Shown here piece after piece: positions 38,669 to 49,482 of a DNA stretch of 64,000 nucleotides. Each line of letters starts with the position of its first letter. The first letter of the stretch is position 1. The position numbers and the translations under genes were made by a program. The stretch spans positions 2,418,001-2,482,000 of the forward strand of contig NC_043011.1 in NCBI RefSeq assembly GCF_006345805.1, read 5' to 3'. The notes below the pieces were generated by a model. The model saw only the letters and a list, made by a program, of their open reading frames with translations. It searched no databases and was not told where the DNA came from. This DNA comes from Octopus sinensis (lineage: Eukaryota).

Positions 38669-40612
38669 CTATTTAAAAGCCAGATAAGTGTAACGCCGCC
38701 AATGGGGGCATCGAAAAGCCGACTGTAAGAGCCCGTTTACCATCCGGCCTCTGGCAAACAAAATATGGAAGAGTTCGGAGACACAAAGGTTGCACTGTCT
38801 TCTGCCCCTATCAAATGGGAGGGCCACCGACAAAATTGACCATTCCAGCCTATAGCTTAAGTTCGTATCCTTCAGTCGCCATATTAGCTTACTGAGTCCC
38901 GTGGTCTGGCGCTTGTTCACGTCCCGAAAAGTTGCGTAATGGTTGGAGACACGCAAAGACAATCTTGAGGATGATGCCCCTACATAAGTGAAGACATCTG
39001 AGTCCGTGTAAACCTTGCATTGGTAGACGGCGTTTTTGATCTTGGAGTTCGCCGACGTGAATCTTAATCTGCTAGGATTAGTTTCTGAAATTAGAACTGC
39101 GTTCCTGTCACTATATTCGTTCCGAGACCTGCAGCCGCTTACTACTCTATTTTCCACTACGTCACTATTAACTATAGGAATAACCCCTGATTCTCCACTA
39201 TCTATCAGAGTGCTGTCATTGCTACTGCCCGTGGTGCTGCTATTGCGGGAAATGATGCTGGGGATGCTATTGGGGCTCTCTACCCTACTCCCATTGTTAC
39301 CGTCAACCACAACACCCCTATTTATAACTATACCCCTAGTGGGTACTCCCTGGCTGGAGCTGAGATTATGTGTCACTGTACTGGCTCTCATATCATTATT
39401 ACTACTATAATTATTCCTACTGAGCATTAAACTGGGAGCGGAAGAGGCTGTGCCTCCGGAAAAAGGTGATAGGGTCTTAGTAAGTAGCCTATTATTATGG
39501 GAGGCGATTATCTGGGCGAGGTTTTTAGTGTTGGAGAAAGCTATCCTAACTTTATGCGAGTTAACCGTGGAGTAATATTTGGAATTTCTGGGGAAGTTAT
39601 TGGCGATGGCTTGTCTAAACATGAGGGGGAGGTTAGTTCTAATCTGCTTACCAAAGGGGATTACAAACCATATATGCTTATTCCTATCAGTGTGATGGGT
39701 CGGGACGCCAGCTCTCGCATTCGGGTGGGTGATTCTCGGATGAATAACGGGTCTTGGGTTAGTGTAAGACCTCCCGGACCGATAATTATCCTTGTTCGCT
39801 AAATTAAAAGCGGGAGCGACTACCCCGGCATCCGCCGCGCTCCCGTCCTTACTTAAAATGTTAATGTTATTATATACGGCCCTATCCTGATGACCGAATG
39901 ATGGCATCGGAAGGGCCGGATCAATATAAATTACCTTCTGCCTATAACCGGCCTTGGATAGTGCGGCGTTATAAAATTCCGCTTTCTGCATAAAAATATC
40001 GGCACTGGCGGACAAGCCAGACAATCTTAGAGAGATGTTTTTAACCAAATTGTCTGTTACGGTTTTGGCATGATTTGAGAAGACACTGACATACTTCAAA
40101 TTAGTGGAAGGCTTATGGTAAGGGCAGTATGAGTCGCTATTAAGGTTAAGTGTAACGTCTAGGAAATTAGCCTTGGTGAGTTCATTATCAAAAACTATAC
40201 TCATGCCCATTCTATTAAAAAACCTAGCTAACCTGCTCTTAGCTTTCTGCACTATTCTGTTCGTGGTGTTTTGCAGGTAAAACAGACAATCGTCACGATA
40301 CAGGCCGCCCGCGATCTCCGGGAATTGGTCGGACAATTCGTAGAGAATATATATTCCGACCAAATCGGCTATCTGCGCACTATCCGAACTACCCATAGGC
40401 ACATCAAATTCATTGGGAGTATCTTTACGGATCCACAACTTATTATCAAACTTAATAAACGATTTCCTGGCAACTAAAATGATATCTATCTCTTCTCTGG
40501 TGAGGCCAGCCTTGTTGTGAGCATGCCAGAGGGCCTTATTTAGCACACTAGGGTTAATCGAGGGGTAGAAGCTGGCGATATCAAACTGAATGAACCTAGT
40601 ACGGTTCTTATA
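38669..40612 (-). CDS. Penelope-like element ORF, 5'-truncated: reverse transcriptase (palm/thumb) plus C-terminal GIY-YIG endonuclease
   Basis: The track ORF 38669-40546 extends upstream in frame to the (TA)n tract at ~40612, adding YKNRTRFIQFDIASFYPSINPS. RT motifs: FDIASFYPSI, FDVPMGSSDSAQIADLVG, GLYRDDC, NFLDVTL. Endonuclease motifs: AVYQC..YVG, RVSNH, TGLSKLIW, CNLCVSE, CPH. No stops over about 647 codons. Confidence 0.93.
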   Translation of the reverse strand, partial: YKNRTRFIQFDIASFYPSINPSVLNKALWHAHNKAGLTREEIDIILVARKSFIKFDNKLWIRKDTPNEFDVPMGSSDSAQIADLVGIYILYELSDQFPEIAGGLYRDDCLFYLQNTTNRIVQKAKSRLARFFNRMGMSIVFDNELTKANFLDVTLNLNSDSYCPYHKPSTNLKYVSVFSNHAKTVTDNLVKNISLRLSGLSASADIFMQKAEFYNAALSKAGYRQKVIYIDPALPMPSFGHQDRAVYNNINILSKDGSAADAGVVAPAFNLANKDNYRSGRSYTNPRPVIHPRITHPNARAGVPTHHTDRNKHIWFVIPFGKQIRTNLPLMFRQAIANNFPRNSKYYSTVNSHKVRIAFSNTKNLAQIIASHNNRLLTKTLSPFSGGTASSAPSLMLSRNNYSSNNDMRASTVTHNLSSSQGVPTRGIVINRGVVVDGNNGSRVESPNSIPSIISRNSSTTGSSNDSTLIDSGESGVIPIVNSDVVENRVVSGCRSRNEYSDRNAVLISETNPSRLRFTSANSKIKNAVYQCKVYTDSDVFTYVGASSSRLSLRVSNHYATFRDVNKRQTTGLSKLIWRLKDTNLSYRLEWSILSVALPFDRGRRQCNLCVSELFHILFARGRMVNGLLQSAFRCPHWRRYTYLAFK

Positions 40613-40689
40613 TATATATATAATTATTTATTTTTAATTTTCATGTTAATGGTGCTTTAGTTCAGTAGTATATCTTTCTAGAATTCCCT

Positions 40690-41330
40690 TGGATGTCTTG
40701 CAAACAACTTGCACATGCAAGTGCTACCAGTCAAAAACTCTGCATACTGGAAGCCAGCAAGTGTATGGGGTCATCAGGAGAGAACGCACGCCGTTTCAGG
40801 GCTTACCTCTCGATGGCATCAGTGTGCACCAGCCCCCCTCACTGATATGAGGCCCTGCTTGCTAGATCAGCTGGTTATCAAATAAAGCTCAATATTCTTC
40901 CAGCCATCGCTCATTGTCTCTTTTTAACCAAATCCAGTGGCTAACCTTCTCCACTGTAGATTGGGTAGCGATCATGGTGGTATTGACTTTACGATGAGTT
41001 AGGCCTAGTGATAACAACAGTCATCTCACACTGTGTCCAACGAACCCTCTACATCCGACTTTGATTGGAAAATGTTCCGCTTTCCAGCCTGCGTCTTCAC
41101 ATTACTGGAGGAGGTTTACATAATGTTCAATCTTTCGAGCCCTAGTGGCGTCCATATTATCCTCATGAGGAACCGTTAATTCGACTATATTTACAACTTT
41201 CCTTCTTTCACACCACATCAAAATATCTGGTTTTTTCATAATTGGGATGGGAAGAATCCCTGGTATTTTTGTCTTTTGTTTTTGTTTTGAGAAGAAACCT
41301 AACTTCAAGCAACTTTTACTGATCAATTTT
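40690..41330 (-). mobile_element. 3' fragment of a non-LTR element with restriction-like endonuclease (HERO-like)
   Basis: KPDILMWCERRKVVNIVELTVPHEDNMDATRARKIEHY followed by GWKAEHFPIKVGCRGFVG. This is a PD-(D/E)xK RLE signature; the clade assignment is from memory. Confidence 0.75.
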
Positions 41331-42334
41331 TAGACACTATCTTCTAAACCAGGTGAAGTATGCAGGGGGATCAAATTTTGATTTTGCACCCTCAAAACAT
41401 TTTTGGGGGTTCAAGTGCATTACCTCTACCCCCTGTTCCCAAGCCCTTGCAATTATACATTAGTGCAAGTATGCATGTGTTATAGAGAAATTTTTTAATA
41501 CCTGTAGGTACCAGTTACTTAGAAGTATACATAAATGCAGGAATGTTAAATGCTAAAACTAACCAATTATTGTTCCAATAACTTGTTAGTTTTAGTATCC
41601 AACATTCAGGTGTTTATGCATATTTCTTTGTAACATATACATGCTTGTATTACTGTATAACTGGTCAGGTTTTGCATTCAGAGGTTTTGGTAAAGCTCCT
41701 AAAATATTAGGCTTAAATGTACCAAATCAAACCATACTGACTACTAAATTCATCTCAAATTCCAATCAAAGTTGTCATAGGCAAAAGGGTCAGTGAGGAG
41801 TCTTTTCAGACTGGCCAGGATGTAGGTACCCCTTATACCCTCTCTTAGTAATGTTTCATCTTTCATATCTGTGGGTAGCGTTTTATCTTTTGTACCTGTG
41901 GATATATATTTTTTTTGGGGGGGGGGTGTCCAAGACTGGACAGCCAGAAATAATATGGTTAATTTTCCACTTCTTCACCTCTACTTGTTCAGTAATATTT
42001 TGCTTCATGATATCCTTTCAATGTGTCTTAGGGGATAATGATTAAATTTGTATCCCAATCAAGAATTTCTCAGTCACAGTTTTGAGTAATGTGCTACTCA
42101 ACGTCTATTGCAGTTTATTTCATTTATTTTTATTTATTTATTTTACCTTGCTCATTTCTTCTTTGTTTTCACATGTTGGGTGCAGGAATTTTCATTATCA
42201 TTACATTCACTTGGCATTGTGTACTCCATTTAAGTTTAAATTTTAACCTTTTCTTAGTTTCTCTTGTTGTTTATCCTTTATCTTCACGTATATCTATCAT
42301 TTCACACTTTCTGAAAAGTGTTAATAGGTTTTGG

Positions 42335-42662
42335 GGAGGCGCAATGGCCCAGTGGTTAGGGCAGCGAACTCGCGGTCTTAGGATCGCGGTTTCGATTCCC
42401 AGACTGGGTGTTGTGAGTGTTTATTGAGCGAAAACACCTAAAGCTCCACGAGGCTCCGGCAGGAATGGTGGTGATCCCTGCTGTATTCTTTCACCACAAC
42501 TTTCTCTAACTCTTACTTCCTGTTTCTGTTGTACCTGTATTTCAAAGGGCTGGCCTTGTCACTCTCTGTGTCACGCTGAATATCCCCGAGAACTGCGTTA
42601 AGGGTGCACGTGTCTGTGGAGAGCTCAGCCACTTACACGTTAATTTCACGAGCAGGCTGTGA
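42335..42662 (+). mobile_element. tRNA-derived SINE (head/core 2 + tail 1)
   Basis: A box TGGCCCAGTGG, B box GGTTTCGATTCC. The 3' part is shared with the 17.7-kb SINE. Confidence 0.85.
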
Positions 42663-42704
42663 CGGAGTGCTTCCATCCATCAATAGATTTTTGAAGTGTA
42701 TCTT

Positions 42705-43110
42705 TTATCTTTTACTTGTTTCATCCATTCTAGAGCACCACCTTCAAGGGTTTTATTAGAATGAATGGACCCCAGTACTTACTATTCTCTTTAAGTCTGG
42801 TATATATTCTATTAGTGTCTCATTTGCCACACTGCTATGTTACAGGGACATAAACACACCAACACTGACTATCAAGCAGTAGTATAAGACAAACACAGAC
42901 ACAAAGACACACAAACACAAATATAAGTACACACACACATATATTTTGAATGGGCTTCTTTCAGTTTCTATCTATCAAATCCATTCACAAATTTTTGGTT
43001 GACCTAAGGCTATAGTAGAAGACACTTGCCCAAGCTGCTCTGCATTGGGAGTGAACCCAGAACCACGTGGTTGGGAAGTAATCGTCTTATCACACATTCA
43101 TGCCTGCACC
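42705..43110 (-). mobile_element. SINE family A, diverged
   Basis: Colinear with other copies. Confidence 0.75.
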
Positions 43111-44293
43111 TATGTATGTGTATTTTATAGTTTTACTTATTTTTATTGGTTTTATTAATTTTCCATTATTGTTTACCAAATTTTCTATAATAGTTTTTCT
43201 AGTTGTGTAGGGCCCTTATCTCACTGAATTCATGATAAATAAACATTTTAGGCTGGAGTTGAGGTTTTTATGTTGTTCAAAAAATCACTTTTGCTTTTTA
43301 TGGTGATGAAAATCTTTACAACTTAGCAAAGATCTCATGGTTCAGATGTTTTTTGTATTTTTCATTGTCCTGTTATTTTTCTATTTGTTATGTTGTATTT
43401 CTGTAATGTTTCTTTGCTTTTTTCATTTTACTCTCCCTTTTTAGTTGATTTATTATTGATATTTGGAAGTGAGATATCGATTTCTTTACTGCTATATTTT
43501 TGCTGTGTGTTTTCTATCCATGAGTTTGCCTGGATTTTGATAGTTCAATATGATTGGGGAGAGTCCCCACATTGCTTTGTTACTCAGTAGCTGTTGTTGC
43601 ATTATTTCTTTTAACCTGGTGATACTGGTGATATTGATGTTTGTATCTGTTCTCATTCAATCTGTAATGGTCAGGTTTGTATATTCTTTGTTGTTATTAT
43701 TTCATTGTTGAGTTTTGTCCTTGGAAAGTTCTTTATTACTATTATTGCTGTTGTTGTTGTAAAACTTCTATCACGTTTTAATAAGTCTTTTCACAGACAA
43801 TGTAATGTTTGCAATATAGATAGTTCTTCTGTCTCTTCTTGTATGGCTTCAAGCAACCACCTCCTTCTCCTATGTATGCTTCTGTCTCTAAACAGTATTC
43901 AAAGTTTATTCAATAAGTTTGTGAAAGCAATTAATATATAATAGAATTCTAATCTCTACATTTGTGATGTTACAATGCTAGACAAATAATATGTTCTCTC
44001 TCTCTCTCTCTCTCACTCACTTTGATATTGAGACATGCCACTAGCTATAGCTATCTATGTATTCCTTATGTCCATATATACACACACACAGAGCTACACA
44101 TCCAGAGATATATGAAGATGAATGAATTTACACATTCACTTATAGATGGATGTGCATAAGCAGGCATACATGCCTAAATGTTTGTATCTCTACTTGGACA
44201 CGAATAAGTTGTTGCATCTGCTGCAAATTCAAGATGGAGTAATGCATTTTCTAACTGCATACTGGAAATTGAACTTATCCCATCAGTCTAGAA

Positions 44294-44450
44294 CTATGGT
44301 TTTCAACCAGGGTTCCACCAGTACAGTGCAGGGGTTCCGCAAGAAGTTACAAAACTGCTAAAATTGGTAGTAATTTTTAAGTCTCCTGTGCAGATATGAG
44401 TGCATAAGACTATTAAATTATTGCACAGGGGTTCCTCGAGCTAGTGGAAT
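44294..44450. mobile_element. Left half of a Charlie-type hAT MITE, truncated at a SINE
   Basis: GTCTAGAA target-like 8-mer followed by CTATGGTTTTCAACCAGGG. Confidence 0.5.
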
Positions 44451-44571
44451 GTTTGCCGAACCGTTAAGTAACTGGGACATGAACACACCAGCATCAGTTG
44501 TGAAGCAATGCTAGGGGGACAAACACAGACACACAAACACACACACGCATATATATATATATATATATATA

Positions 44572-44622
<51 letters not shown>

Positions 44623-44777
44623 TACGATGGGCTTCTTTCAGTTTCCATCTACCAAATCCACTCACAAGGCTTTGGTCGGCCTGAGGCTATAGTAGATGTA
44701 GTGTCACGCATTGGGACTGAACCCGGAACCATGTGGTTGGTAAACAAGCTACTTACCACACAGCCACTCCTGTGCCT
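44451..44777 (-). mobile_element. SINE family A, 3'-truncated
   Basis: Head, body and microsatellite present. Confidence 0.82.
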
Positions 44778-45567
44778 ATGATATTTATTTTCTAACAAAT
44801 GTTAGTAAAATCAATGTCTTATAATCATAAACTGTATAAAACTTCTGCTGAACCATGTTTGGAAGAAACAGTGCATGTCCCAGGATGGCTGCAGTCTAAA
44901 GACTAAAACAAGTAAAAGAGTACAAGACAGATTTTATCTCCAGTGTTTTATATTCTGAAATAGAAGAGTTAGGGAAAGAGATTAGTAAGGTGTGAGGGAG
45001 GGGTGAAAAAATAAGAATGCTAAAATAAATGAAACGTATATAGCAAATGGTTTTCATTGAAGGTTATTCATAGTTCACAGGTTTTGAGGACTTGTAACTA
45101 TTGCGATGAATTCATAGAGTCAGGAATACCATATATTATGGCTGGTGTTTAAGCTCCAGGACAACTGTTACCCAGTAGACTTATGATCAAAAACATTCCA
45201 GCAGTGTTCAAATCTTCTTTCTAGTGGCTTGTAGGTTTGCATTTATGAATGTGTCCCTTCTTTATTTAAAAGTGTCGGATGTTATCTAAAGGAAATTTGC
45301 AGCCGATTTGCAGGATTATATATTTAATTACAAGTGAGCGATGATTTACCAACTACAACTTTTCAAAGATTAAGTATCTTCTAGTTTTGGATATGAAATC
45401 TTCAAAATCTTACATATGCATCATTGTAATTAAGCTGTGTTTTCTTAAAGTATGAAGGCATGAAGCAGGTGAGTTGTTAATGTTTATTAAGAACTTGCCA
45501 TATTCTCAGTGGAAATTATTTCTCAAGTCCTTATGCATTGAGGTTATATATACTCTTACTCTCCCTC

Positions 45568-45769
45568 TTTTATTAGTTTCAGTCATTAGACTGCGGCCAT
45601 GCTGCAGCACCACCTTTAGTCGAGCAAATCGACCCCAGTACTTATTCTTTGTAAGCCTAGTACTTATTCTATAGGTCTCTTTTGCCGAACTGCTAAGTTA
45701 CGGAGACGCAATCACACCAGCATCGGTTGTCAAGCGATGTTGGGGGACAAACACAGACACACAAACACA

Positions 45770-45811
<42 letters not shown>

Positions 45812-46008
45812 ACACACACACACACACATATATATATACATATATACGACGGGCTTCTTTCAGTTTCCGCCTACCAAATCCACTCACAATGCTTTGGTTG
45901 GCCCAAGGCTATAGTAGAAGACACTTGCCCAAGGTACCATGCAGTGGGACTGAACCCAGAACCATGTGGCTGGTAAGCAAGCTTCTTACCACACAGCCAC
46001 TCCTGCGT
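45568..46008 (-). mobile_element. SINE family A
   Basis: Full length. Confidence 0.87.
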
Positions 46009-46805
46009 CTATATTGAAGAAAAAAAAAAGCGTATAGGTTTCATGATATTGGAATGTGTATGCATGCAGACGCATGCATGCAGACGTGCGCAAACACACA
46101 CATACACACACACACACACACACATACACACACACACACACACATGCACACACAATTCTAGCTTCATCCTTAAATAAATTCTTGAATTTGGATGATCACA
46201 ATGTGTTGGAAATTTCACTTCATTTTCCATTTGCTCACTTTATTTGGGAACTGATTCCTGTTGCATATTAATTCCTTCTTACTTTTGCTTCTAATCACAT
46301 GCAGACCAGTACAATGATGTCGTTCTTCACTTCTTTTTCAACTTCTACATTCCAGTATCATGAAATACAGATTTTATTCTGGATGATTTATGATATCAAC
46401 GTTTAGGAATCTTAGAAACACTTTGTATTGCAGACATGGCAACTACTCATTCAACACTAACAAGTCACCTGCAAAATTTAATAAGAAAACATACTAATAG
46501 CACTGCTTATACTCTGCTTGTGAAAAATAAGTGACTAATACTTAAATACATTCTACAAAAGCTATCCCAAAAGATAAGGATTTACCTTAATTATTGATAG
46601 TTTGGTATCTATATGCCTGTAAGCATAAACAACGCTTAATTCAGAACTTCATGATTCATTAAACTCCAGTATATGCACCTGGAAAGTGAATTTGTTTTAA
46701 TACAAGTTATTTTATGACATAGGTACACAGGCTTCAATATCCATTGAGTTTTATGTTGATATGTAATATGAGATAAACAAGGTTTACTTATATAAAATTT
46801 AGTTA

Positions 46806-47166
46806 TCTCTATATATAAATGGCAAAATGTCTGTGTGTGTGTCCTTTATACAAATCCACAATTTTTCAGTTAGAGGGCTCGCACTTTCTATGGTCATTCA
46901 AAACCGTCCATGAATGGTCGTGCATATCTTTACATTTCCCCAGTAACCCCGCAAAGCCATTAAAAATCAATAGAAGTGACTTTTTTGTGAATTTTCTATC
47001 CGAAACCCAATCAAAATGCTCAAAACTTGATATGCCAATTGAATGCCAGCTAGCTGTATGTGATTGGTCGGAGATTTGGACAGTACTCGCGTGTATGTGT
47101 GCACACACGCAACTGTATATGCATGCACTAGCAATATGACCCGGCATCGCCGGGTCATAGTGCTGG
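46806..47166 (+). mobile_element. Non-autonomous Helitron
   Basis: A|TC start, subterminal 11-bp GC-rich hairpin TATGACCCGGC-ATC-GCCGGGTCATA (47135-47159), CTGG|T end, no TSD. Confidence 0.85.
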
Positions 47167-47934
47167 TATAAAATAAAGTTTAGTTATATAAAATTTACAT
47201 ATCTTTACATACATTTCTGAGGTAAATGATTGATATATTCACTTATAAAGTTTGGGAACGTATCATAAAGCCTAAAGAAAGACATACCACAAATAAATCA
47301 GAATTTATCAGTCACAGAACTGGACTCTTTGATTAATAAGAGAATAATCAAAATATGTTATTGTCACCTGACGAAGGTTACTCACTATCTAAAGGCACGA
47401 AAGATAAAGTGTTAACAGAATAATTATTTAAATAGTCATATGCAAAGATATATCTAAATTCATACATATATGTATACAAGCAAATATAATAGTAAAGACT
47501 TATACATGCCCCCATACATTCCACGATGTAAATATCCCTATATTGTATTGGAAAGAGAAACGAGGTAAGGAAGACATTCTTAGACAGGGATCGGTAATTT
47601 TCTGGAATCTAGGTAGGTAACCTAATAAGTTGTTTATATTTAACACGAGAAATTAGCGATTAATTGTATATTTATATTTCGTTTCATTCAAGCACATATG
47701 TAAACACAGATGCTACAGATTAGAATTGTATGAAATCACAAGTCAAAGACAGATCAAGTCCTTTGGTGTGGTTGCACTGAAAGATTGTGTCCAACCATGT
47801 CTTGAAATTAGTAAGGAAGCAACTTTTAAGTACTCACTTAGCTTCAAGATAAAGAGAGGTATTAGTGTTTCATTAGTAGCAGATTGGAATTATGCATACA
47901 TGTGTGGAGGTAGAAATTATTTACACATCCTAAC

Positions 47935-48014
47935 AGGTGTGTGTGTGTGTGTATGTATATATATGTATATATATATATATGTAATATATATATATATATA
48001 TTATGTATGTATAT

Positions 48015-48066
<52 letters not shown>

Positions 48067-48301
48067 GTATATATATGTATATGTAAAAAAATACAAACTG
48101 GGACAAGAACGCAAAACATTTAGAAGATGATACAAAAAACACGGATGGGACATTCGAAGCCTTCAATCTTCAGTCAAGAACTGGATCATCTTCGCAATTT
48201 CGGCTGATTAATCTTGAGATTGCACCGATCTGGCCAGCCCCAAAGGAAAATCTAAGCCAAACGTATTATATATATGTATGTATATATATATATGTATGTA
48301 T

Positions 48302-48342
<41 letters not shown>

Positions 48343-48465
48343 TATGTATGTATATATATATGTATGTATATATATATATGTATGTATATATATATATGTA
48401 TATATATATATGTATGTATATATATATATATATGTATGTATGTATATATATATATATATGTATGT

Positions 48466-48529
<64 letters not shown>

Positions 48530-49016
48530 ATGTATGTATATATATATATGTATATATATGTATATATATATGTATGTATATATATATATATGTATGTATA
48601 TATATACGTATATATATATATGTATGTATATATATATGTATATATATGTAAATATATATGTATACATATATATATATATATGTATATATATATGTATATA
48701 TATATACATATATGTATATACATATATGCATATATATATACATGTATATATATGCATATATATATACATGTATATATATATGCATATATATATATACCTA
48801 TATATATATACATATATATATACATATATATAGACATATATATAGACATATATATTATATATGTCTATATATATGTATATATATATATGCATATATATAC
48901 ATGTATATATATATGCATATATGTATATACATATATATATATATATATACATATATTTATATATACACATATATATATACATGCACACACACACACACAC
49001 ACACATATGCCTATAT
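47935..49016. repeat. ~1.1-kb compound (TA)/(TATG)/(CA) microsatellite with an embedded ~185-bp unique island
   Basis: Directly visible; source of the many YI-repeat ORFs. Confidence 0.95.
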
Positions 49017-49024
49017 ATACATTC

Positions 49025-49140
49025 AGATGGTGCTTTTTATGTGCCACTGGCACAGGAATCAGTCAGGACAAGAGCGCTGGTATTGACCACATTTGGATGG
49101 CACTGTTTATATGCCACCGGCACAGGATGCCAGTCAGGCA
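49025..49140 (-). mobile_element. Fragment of the RTE 3'-UTR tandem modules
   Basis: Two GGTGCTTTTTATGTGCCAC-type modules. Confidence 0.6.
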
Positions 49141-49159
49141 GCTCTGGCTGAGACTATAC

Positions 49160-49482
49160 AGTACAGGCTTTGGCCAGTACTGTATAGTACTGTGGCACGT
49201 TGTCTCACTGGGAGGGGACACCTTTGCATTCTCTCCATCCCATTTATGCATTCCCTTGAATTTTTCCAATTCTTCCATGCCTACATCTTTGCTTCTGCTC
49301 TTGACTTCCTCTGCGAAGTTCTTAACTTCCATTGCTTTGTCTATCATTCTCAAACTTCTTACAATCTCCTCGTCAGAGGATGACAAGTCTGAGGAGCTTA
49401 CATTTACATATCTCACCTCCATTACCATGCTTTCTTCTTCTAACAAAGGGGAAAGCATCAACAAAGTTTCTGCAAGCTTCAA
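49160..49482 (-). CDS. Candidate coding segment of unknown origin (host exon or TE protein fragment)
   Basis: Non-repetitive open frame rich in E/K/S ([34 protein letters not shown]). Possible splice donor at CCA|GTGAGA. No family recognised. Confidence 0.3.

Larger units (their letters stand above)
37930..40612 (-). mobile_element. Penelope-like retroelement (PLE-A), 5'-truncated, inserted in (TA)n
   Basis: RT-GIY-YIG ORF, then about 700 bp of 3' non-coding sequence containing a hammerhead. Both ends abut TA dinucleotide tracts. Confidence 0.9.

Noticed and set aside
40771-40797. Permuted GAAA..CTGATGA in the HERO-like 3' UTR (minus strand)
   Set aside because: Only about 5 nt are available for stem I, and no stem II complement was found.
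43200-43940. Purine-rich minus strand resembling a LINE N-terminal ORF
   Set aside because: Stops in all frames and no identifiable motif.
47368-47402. CTGACGA..GAAA as another hammerhead; the nearby frame LLSPDEGYSLS resembles a GIY-YIG C-terminus
   Set aside because: No complementary stem II ends and no stem III. The protein resemblance is too short to support a call.
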